From: an uncultured Nitrososphaerales archaeon
GTDB taxonomy: Archaea > Thermoproteota > Nitrososphaeria > Nitrososphaerales > Nitrososphaeraceae
DNA length: 14,917 bases
NCBI GenBank assembly: GCA_963709405.1
Contig: CAVPXM010000084.1
Location: 1 to 14,917 of the forward strand
Direction of reading: 5' to 3'
The notes under the pieces were generated by a model. The model was not told the origin of the DNA. It did not search any database and saw nothing but the letters and a program-made list of their open reading frames with translations. Numbering within the stretch: position 1 is the first letter of the stretch; the number at the start of each line of letters is the position of its first letter. Shown piece after piece: positions 1 to 6,961 of this stretch. The position numbers and the translations under genes were made by a program.

Positions 1-438
1 ACTGAAATAAGACATTATAATCTGTCAAAGTCATCAGATGCATCGATAGTCTATGCAAAAGTTTTGGATGTCTAGTTCCCGAGCTTTAATGAAAATGTCT
101 GTTTAGTTCTTCATTACAATCAGGCGTTGCTTGATATACACGATGACTGGGAGGATATAGCGGATGACGTTCAGGAAGATATGCCCAATATCTTCGTTAT
201 GGCGGCACTTGAGAATATTCCTTACAACATCATAAAAAATTCCAGCCATGAAATGATTAGAGATGTTGTATTGAATGGAGCAGATCTATCAAGTGCACAG
301 ATTATTAGGTTAGTAAACGATATCCAGGCATCAGTCAGGAACGTTTCTATTCCTGACAACTTTAGCTTCTTAAAATCCCTATCTGATCGTTACGCTGATA
401 ATTTGAGAAAGACCATATCTGTAACATATTCTCAATAA
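1..438 (+). pseudogene. C-terminal part of a class I isoprenoid-synthase-like (DDxxD) helical protein with an in-frame TAG at 73-75; 5' end lies outside the window
   Basis: Frame 1 reads TEIRHYNLSKSSDASIVYAKVLDV*FPSFNENVCLVLHYNQALLDIHDDWEDIADDVQEDMPNIF... to TAA at 436-438. DDWEDIADD-x5-PN resembles the second Asp-rich motif of polyprenyl/terpene synthase-fold proteins. The TTG start at 127 in the ORF track is probably an artefact of the internal stop. Confidence 0.55.
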
Positions 439-717
439 ATGTATTGCTATTCAGTATGACGTTAGATTGCATGTAACGCCCTTAATCTAAGTGAACTTCA
501 CGGGGTCTCACAATATTAGGTATAGAACTGTAATATCTGGACGAGGAGAGACAATACTTGATCCAAGATTAAACAATAGATTTAATAAAAATCTCGTATC
601 TGATCGAAGCAATAGCCCCCAAATTTTTATCTCAGCAAAAAAATGGTGACCTTTTAAGGCATCAATTGCTTTAAGACTGGCCTATACGGGTATGGCCTAC
701 TAGAAATTGTATACCCG

Positions 718-954
718 ATGATAGTAATACTTCATTTTGTCTTAATGGCAATAGATGGCAATACGAATAAGGTGGTTGAAGATATTGCAGTAGGTAAAGA
801 TCCCCACATCATTGCTGTAAATCCAAAAATTGATTATATTTACGGTGATAATACATGCGATGGCAGTGTATCTTCCATAAAGATGTCTGTAATGTTGAGA
901 GATATGTTATTAACTATCGGCCGAAAGCGCGCTAAGATTAATTTAAGTCTGTAA
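718..954 (+). pseudogene. Remnant of a YVTN/YncE-type beta-propeller (about one repeat)
   Basis: AIDGNTNKVVEDIAVGKDPHIIAVNPKIDYIYGDNTCDGSVSSI follows the repeat consensus VIDxxTNxVxxxIxVGxxPxxIAVNPxxxxIYVxNxxxxxVSVI. One repeat cannot form a propeller, and the flanks do not continue the pattern. Confidence 0.75.
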
Positions 955-1261
955 ACATGTGGTAGAGCTAAAACATAAGCACAAGGTCTAAATCAATCCT
1001 ATAAAATAACTCATATTTACATTTGAATAGAGGACACTATTCCAGAATTAGGTATAATAGACTCTACAAGATTCCGATGTTGTCAGCTGTGTTGAAAATA
1101 CTGAACATAAAACGAAGCCCCATCTTTGACAGAGGATCAGATTACATCGAAAAAGTGTCCATTTTTAACCGATGTAACCCTACCAGCTTTCCCTAATATA
1201 TCGCTAGTGATTGGCGGTTCCACAATGACGATTGGCCATTAACTAACTGGCTTGCCTTGAC

Positions 1262-1963
1262 TTAGATTACACCTTCTCCTCTCTTGTTAGTCGGAATATC
1301 TACCGCATCACGAACATCTTGGATAAATATCTTTCCCCCTTGTTCCCCACGTAGTTTTTCTCTAAGCTTTGATATTAATTCTTCAACTTGCTCGTTTTTG
1401 ATAACTACCTCTACCTTAGTTCTTCCTATGTACTCGGGTGGGGCTTGTTTGGGGTGTGTAGCAGCAACAACAGGATCTTCCTTTACCCTCCCACTTCCTT
1501 CTATTTCATAGTGACTCATTCCTCCAACGTTTAGATCTTTCAAAACGTTATGGACATCTGGCAACATTCCATGTGGTATAATTATTTCAACTTTTTTCAT
1601 ATTTGCAGTTTCAATCCTTTGTTCTGAAAGGTTACTTATAAAAGGTGGTTTAGTAGCATACCAACCAAATTGCTCAGAGTATTTTTCGTTGGCTTCAGTC
1701 TGAGAATAGGAACCACCGAGTAAGTAATGCTCAGGTTTGAGAGTTGATAGGTTACCTGTATATAAGTGGGATGTCTTTACTGCCTTCCGCCAGGTTCTCG
1801 AAAAACGGATCTTACCAGAAGTCGTGTCAAATGAACCATCAACATTGTCGCCGAAAGCGGTACCAGTCCACTTCCCGTCTGTATCTACTGAGATAATGTT
1901 CAGTTCTCCTTCTTCTTTGTTCCCATATATAGACCACATTCCAGTAGGTAACGTTATAGTCAT
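1262..1963 (-). CDS. Fusion protein: N-terminal ~105-aa all-beta domain plus C-terminal P-II family nitrogen regulatory domain (P-II part 1262-1600); ORF is open to 2023
   Basis: From ATG at 1600: MKKVEIIIP...LKDLNVGGMSHYEIEGSGR...RTKVEVVI...GGKIFIQDVRDAVDIPTNKRGE is a 112-aa GlnB/GlnK-fold sequence. No stop separates it from the upstream MTITLPTGMWSIYGN...YTGNL...LGGSY...FGWYATK domain. The start at 1963 rather than 2023 is my inference. Confidence 0.85.
   Translation of the reverse strand: MTITLPTGMWSIYGNKEEGELNIISVDTDGKWTGTAFGDNVDGSFDTTSGKIRFSRTWRKAVKTSHLYTGNLSTLKPEHYLLGGSYSQTEANEKYSEQFGWYATKPPFISNLSEQRIETANMKKVEIIIPHGMLPDVHNVLKDLNVGGMSHYEIEGSGRVKEDPVVAATHPKQAPPEYIGRTKVEVVIKNEQVEELISKLREKLRGEQGGKIFIQDVRDAVDIPTNKRGEGVI
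1636..1650 (-). promoter_or_regulatory. Candidate internal archaeal promoter (TATA box) for the P-II moiety
   Basis: Minus strand AACCACCTTTTATAA; the TTTTATAA box (1636-1643) ends 35 nt before the P-II ATG at 1600. Confidence 0.45.
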
Positions 1964-2734
1964 AGCATGACTATGTATAGCTCGTATATTAGAATTGTGT
2001 CTCCCCTGTGTTGTGGTATACAATCTTCACCTTGGTTAAGAAGAGCAGAGGGCACAGTTGACGTTTATAATTACATCAGCGTCAACTATGATGGATATGG
2101 AGACATTCAAGTTGAGGGGAATACTCAATTCCTATTGAGTCACATTATGTTTCAAAAAGATTGATTGCTACGAGGTAACACAGTATGAAGTTTACTCGGT
2201 GCCGCTACTGCTAAATAGCAAATTGTTCTATGTATATAATACAGACAAGACACCCATACCGAACCAAAAATCAGCATATGTCAGGTTGTTTTGCTAGACT
2301 TGGTTGAGCCATTACAACCATTAGCCTGGCAGACAACCTTATCCTTGACTATAAAGTTGCCAATGTTTTTGTTACTCATGTCAGCTGAAGTCTGGAATTG
2401 TACAGGTTTTGTGAATCTGTTCAGCATTACAAACCGTAATATATCCTCCTTACATGGAGCTTTAAATCTACGAAATAATCAGGTTACATAGGTTAGATTT
2501 GGTCATCTGATTTAGATATCTAGAATTAATGAAGGCGCGCGCACATCTTCTTTGCTACCTATTATGTCAAAGCGGCTTTGATGCGGGTTCGGTAGGATTC
2601 GGACACTGCATGTATGAGGGTTCGGTTGTTCTGCTTATTTGAGCTTTTTAATACTATTATGTTTCTCCCTTCTCTCGTCTTCATAGGAATCCTTATGCCG
2701 TAATAATTATCCTGACAGAAGGCGTCTGTATTTT

Positions 2735-2974
2735 CTATCTATCATTCTTTATTAGGTTCTGTAGTTGTATTTTTCCATTAATTACCCACTTGGCACTACC
2801 TAGATCCGTCCCATCTGGACCCTTTACTTGCGGAACATGAATTTCGAGACCATCAAACTTCATTGTAGTAGACATATTCGTACCTACTAGTTTGTCTACA
2901 ATTTCACCCATTATTTGAGCCCATTGAGTTGGAGCATTCTTTTGATTTGATTTGGTATTATTACTTTTATTCAT
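2735..2974 (-). CDS. Small conserved-looking hypothetical protein (79 aa)
   Basis: WAQIMGEIVDKLVGTNMSTTMKFDGLEIHVP...G...AKWVINGKI has a helix plus beta-strand pattern that I recall from small archaeal hypotheticals. The last residues may be frameshifted (an alternative frame gives TTEPNKE*). Confidence 0.7.
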   Translation of the reverse strand: MNKSNNTKSNQKNAPTQWAQIMGEIVDKLVGTNMSTTMKFDGLEIHVPQVKGPDGTDLGSAKWVINGKIQLQNLIKNDR

Positions 2975-3086
2975 ACTTGCCAGTCATTATGGACAGATGT
3001 TGATATACCATCCTAACATTTAAAAATGGATTCTTTACCCTGAATCCAGCCGTTACTGCTATCGTTACTCCCACTACTCTAACTAG

Positions 3087-3190
3087 GCTGATAAGGCCTT
3101 GATGAATGGAAATACTACTGCAGCACTCACACAATTGAATTTGGCGCAACTACAATTAGCGATGATGAATATGAAAGCTAGGGCACTATG
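3087..3190 (+). pseudogene. Short helical coding fragment (ADKALMNGNTTAALTQLNLAQLQLAMMNMKA), preceded by TAG
   Basis: Amphipathic helix-GNTT-helix pattern resembling secreted hypothetical proteins of soil thaumarchaea; no convincing start codon. The overlapping minus-strand ORFs look like shadows. Confidence 0.4.
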
Positions 3191-3579
3191 AATTGGAGTC
3201 AACTTGCTGGAATAAGAACTCCTCCAATAGTTACAACAGACTTTCTCTACATTAGATTCATTGGAGATAGGACCACAAAAGAAAAAGATTTTGGGAAGAT
3301 ACAAAAAGAAGGCTTTCAGAGATGAAAAAATGGGCTAGATTTCTGAAGAGAGCCAGAGAAGAAAAACAAGTAGACTGGCAATTGTAGTGTAAATAATCAT
3401 TATGCTGGCTTTGGGGCTGGAATTGCTAACGCATATAGGTAAATGTTGGATTTGTCAGAAGTGACATGGAATAGTGTTGAGATGCTACAAATGCAAAAGG
3501 TGATGTCCTATCTGGTATAACAAAAACAAACTAGTCTATCAGGCTTTTTGAAATGAGATATATGTTCGATTATTTTAAT

Positions 3580-4613
3580 CGCTCTTATTCGGCGAATGTT
3601 TCAGCTAACGACATGTAAGAATACTTTGAACAACTTATCTCTTATACCATATTTTCTCGTATTATGAATAAACTGGAAGGTCTTTGTATATGACTGCAGA
3701 TTGTGTTTGTTGACACCCATGAATTTTCTGACCCATATCTGGTAAAGGTTACTTCTACATTCACAATTGTTTACATGTACAACTCCTCTTGCATATTCTT
3801 TTTGACAATGACAAACCTGTTTATGTACAAATCCATATTTTTTCAAATTCCTGTAACCAGGATATTCATCTGTGTATATTTTGGAATTACGATGTACTGA
3901 TCTACAAATATTACTGATCAGAGGAGAACGTTTTGTACGAACATCAAAATATGTCATTCCTCCTCTTTGATGTATACATGTGATCATTGGATGTTCCTTT
4001 TCATAAGTACCTCTACCTCTCCAAGGTTTCAATCCTCTACGTCGCGGTGATCTCCCAGAATTCAGTATCTCTAGATGATACGATCTACCTTTCAGACCAG
4101 CCTTAATGTAGAATTCATCTGCTTCAACTGTCCCTCTAAGTTTAACACCACCACTATCACCATCTAATTTAGAAGATGAGGATGATGAGGATGATGTTAG
4201 TCTCTCCATCACGGATCTGATAAATTTGTAACATTGGTAATATGATATACCTACTTCTAGTGATGTTTCATGTATAGAACATCCAGGCCACAGTACAAAG
4301 AATAGGTATAATGCCAGAAACCATGTTTTCAATGGAGTATGTGAATAGTGAAATATTGTACCTGTTTTATCATTGAACCACTTTTTACACTGTTTGCAAA
4401 AGTACTTTTGATATGAACGATAATGTCCATCTTTCCTTACATTCCTACTACAATGACAGTAAGGACAAACCACCAAGAAATCCCTCCATCTAATATATCT
4501 AAGTACCTTAGCACACCATCCCTCATCAGGGAGAAATTTGCAAAGTGTGAACACATGTTATCTATGAAAAGCTTGGCAATAAGGTGGGCTGAGACATTCC
4601 ATCAATAAGAGCG
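3580..4613 (-). mobile_element. Complete IS1595-family insertion sequence, ISH4 group (1034 bp)
   Basis: Left end 3580-3605 CGCTCTTATTCGGCGAATGTTTCAGC and right end 4588-4613 GCTGAGACATTCCATCAATAAGAGCG are inverted repeats (21/26 match). CGCTCTT termini are typical of the ISH4 group. Perfect 8-bp direct repeat ATTTTAAT at 3572-3579 and 4614-4621. Confidence 0.95.
3601..4554 (-). CDS. IS1595-family (ISXO2-like DDE) transposase
   Basis: N-terminal zinc ribbon CPYC...YFCKQCKKWFNDKTGTIF, HTH region, catalytic motifs VEADEFY, IYTDEY, H...EYARGVVHVNNCE; 317 aa without interruption. Confidence 0.95.
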   Translation of the reverse strand: MFTLCKFLPDEGWCAKVLRYIRWRDFLVVCPYCHCSRNVRKDGHYRSYQKYFCKQCKKWFNDKTGTIFHYSHTPLKTWFLALYLFFVLWPGCSIHETSLEVGISYYQCYKFIRSVMERLTSSSSSSSSKLDGDSGGVKLRGTVEADEFYIKAGLKGRSYHLEILNSGRSPRRRGLKPWRGRGTYEKEHPMITCIHQRGGMTYFDVRTKRSPLISNICRSVHRNSKIYTDEYPGYRNLKKYGFVHKQVCHCQKEYARGVVHVNNCECRSNLYQIWVRKFMGVNKHNLQSYTKTFQFIHNTRKYGIRDKLFKVFLHVVS

Positions 4614-4760
4614 ATTTTAATTAAAGAGTGTTGTTTTCACGTCGTGCCCATTTATGACGACACTGGACTCATGAACCCCTTTAATCGTAATTTCAGCCAT
4701 ACTATAACCGAGACATTCTGCGCATATACTCACTACTAATATACTAGGGTAGAACCAAAT

Positions 4761-5012
4761 TCATCTTAGTTTTCCGTCAATGATCTCATCAGAGACTTTG
4801 ATAATAAGGTCGGAAGGATACCCTTCTGCTAAATTGACTATCGCAGTGGCTTTTATTATGTATCCATAAGCATGATAAATAGCCTTGGGGATACGGTCAT
4901 CTCCAATTGCAAAATGAATAAGCGAACGTTGAGTTTGAGCACCCCAGTAATGCTCAGCAGGTATTTCAATAGTCCCCATCGAGTCTGATTCTAGACGAGT
5001 TTTGTTTGACAT
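4761..5012 (-). pseudogene. fumC: Truncated class II fumarate hydratase (N-terminal 83 aa only)
   Basis: RLESDSMGTIEIPAEHYWGAQTQRSLIHFAIG...KATAIVN...DEIIDGKL is the characteristic FumC/AspA N-terminus; it stops before the FPLxVWQTGSGT motif, and the full enzyme is about 460 aa. Confidence 0.9.
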
Positions 5013-5590
5013 GATCTTTGAGATACCAATCCCTTCAGAGAAATAACCCTTTGCAATCCTAAATTAACGCCTCATTTCTTTACATACTTTGAAGGCGGCG
5101 ATATTAGTAATTGATTATAATTCATATTGAAGGCCAAATTGCTGCTGTTTGTGGTTTGATGCAGGCCAAAATTTTTTTCTACTCTAGAGATAAATTGGAT
5201 GACTTTAGTTTTGGCAGCCGTTGGTTCGAGATGTTGTATCGGTACGTATAATAGTCATAATTTTCTCGATTATGTATTGGCCCTACAGGATTGCCGAGTT
5301 TAACAATTTCCGCTAAAGCCTATGTAACAGGCGAAACATGCCGTTTGCTCTGAAATCTCGACATTGTATAGAGTTTTAAATAACTATATAATAAGATGAC
5401 AAATCGTATACGGGTTTAGTGTATGACTATATAGCAATATATAAAGATGAATATATTCAGGCCGTTTTATTATATAGCTCCATGAATAAATTAATTTACT
5501 AATTTGGCATTTCTTTGTACTTCCGGCATATTATGATCTCTTGGATGTAAGTATGAAGCTGCTCTGTAATGAAAGATTTGCAGATTTAGT

Positions 5591-5606
5591 AAGGAGTATA
5601 CTCCTT
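5591..5606. repeat. Perfect 16-bp palindrome AAGGAGTATACTCCTT
   Basis: The sequence equals its own reverse complement; function unknown. Confidence 0.8.
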
Positions 5607-5926
5607 GAGGTCATCGAATTGAAATCTATGCTAAGTTATTATAAGCCGCTTTGCGAGTAAGAAACTAGGAATTCGAAGGAATATCACATTTACAAATCTC
5701 AGTACTGTCAAATTATATTTAAAGCAGTATAAACAGGCATTGAGGTTGATGTCACTTTGAGCCAAATTGGTAGACACGTGAAGACATATCACTAGTGAGA
5801 TGATAGAGATCGACACCACCAGATGTCATTTTAGGATGAAATGATGGACAATATCTGTATGTTTGTCAGACAGTGTCAGCTAAGAATACATGTATGAGAA
5901 TATAAAACTCTGGATTTAAATGCATA

Positions 5927-6775
5927 ATGGAGCATTTGGTATGCGTGCAAACAAATGGTAAGATTGGCAGTGAAGCGAACGATTGGACATACAATCTCTT
6001 TGTGCAACATCCGCATCTCTTTTTGCCTATCCTCGAGAATCAGAAGCCGAAAGGCGAGTTAGAAGCAACTGCACTAGAGAGAATATTCGACGAATTTGAT
6101 GTTCCACGAGGATCTAAAATACTAGATCTATCGTGTGGGATAGGTACGCACTCGATAAACCTAGCTAAGAAGGGATATCAAGTCGTTGGGTATGACCCTT
6201 CTACCCTTTATATCGAAAAAGCTAAACAGACTGCTATTGATGAAATCGCAGGGGCGCAATCTAAAATACGCTTCTACCAGGCAGAGGCATACAGGGTTGC
6301 AGAAGTTCTGTTAGCAAATGCTGAGAGTGATTTTAATGCTATGATAGTGTTCAATTCTATAGGATTTGTAGGAGAATCTCACGACATCCAGATGCTAACA
6401 AATATTTTCAAATTAGCCGCGACAAATTGTATTCTTGTTACCGAAACCGAAAATAGGGACTGGATAATTCAGAATCTTCAACCCCAGGTAAAACTTGACC
6501 TTGAAAACCTAGAGATTCATGAAACATGGAGATTCAACTTGGAGACATCAACTGCTGAAAGCAGGTCAAATTTTTACGAGAAGAACACTAATGGCACAAG
6601 TCTACGTCTAGTGCTGGATTTAAACACAAGCATTAGATTATATTCTTTGCATGAACTTATCAGAATAATCAACTTGGCTGGGTGGAAGTATATCAAGAGT
6701 CTTGGAGATATTCTTACGTTGGAGCAGACAAGCTCGGAAACACCTGATATCTTTACAATAAGCCAGAAAATCTAA
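5927..6775 (+). CDS. Class I SAM-dependent methyltransferase
   Basis: Motif I KILDLSCGIGTHSINLAKKGYQVVGYDPS, post-II segment FNSIGF, beta-rich cap insert and C-terminal IRLYSLHELIRIINLAGW; 282 aa. Confidence 0.93.
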   Translation: MEHLVCVQTNGKIGSEANDWTYNLFVQHPHLFLPILENQKPKGELEATALERIFDEFDVPRGSKILDLSCGIGTHSINLAKKGYQVVGYDPSTLYIEKAKQTAIDEIAGAQSKIRFYQAEAYRVAEVLLANAESDFNAMIVFNSIGFVGESHDIQMLTNIFKLAATNCILVTETENRDWIIQNLQPQVKLDLENLEIHETWRFNLETSTAESRSNFYEKNTNGTSLRLVLDLNTSIRLYSLHELIRIINLAGWKYIKSLGDILTLEQTSSETPDIFTISQKI

Positions 6776-6961
6776 AGATATGGTATATCTCAACGGATAT
6801 TGTTATAAGACTAAGCTTGAAGGCCCACAAATTAATAAAATCAAAAATTATAGCGAACTGGGCGGAAATTTAGATATAGAGTTGTCATATTCCACAAAAG
6901 TGACGAGGGCCTACGAGGGATTGTGTTGAAGCCGAGGAATAAATTAGAGCAAATCCCTGTA

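Noticed and set aside
1284-2164. Plus-strand ORFs 1284-1511, 1737-1970 and 1967-2164
   Set aside because: The first two are antisense shadows of the P-II fusion; the third has no recognisable motif.
2570-2640. GC-richer patch with GGGTTCGGT twice; possible tRNA or ncRNA (also GGTTCGA near 5223)
   Set aside because: No cloverleaf or T-arm pairing could be built.
3703-4608. Plus-strand ORFs 3703-3900 and 4423-4608
   Set aside because: Antisense to the IS1595 transposase, no motifs.
5550-5830. TPR-like fragment (NLSTVKLYLKQYKQALRL) and minus ORF 5631-5819
   Set aside because: Too short and stop-ridden to support; the minus ORF has no motif.
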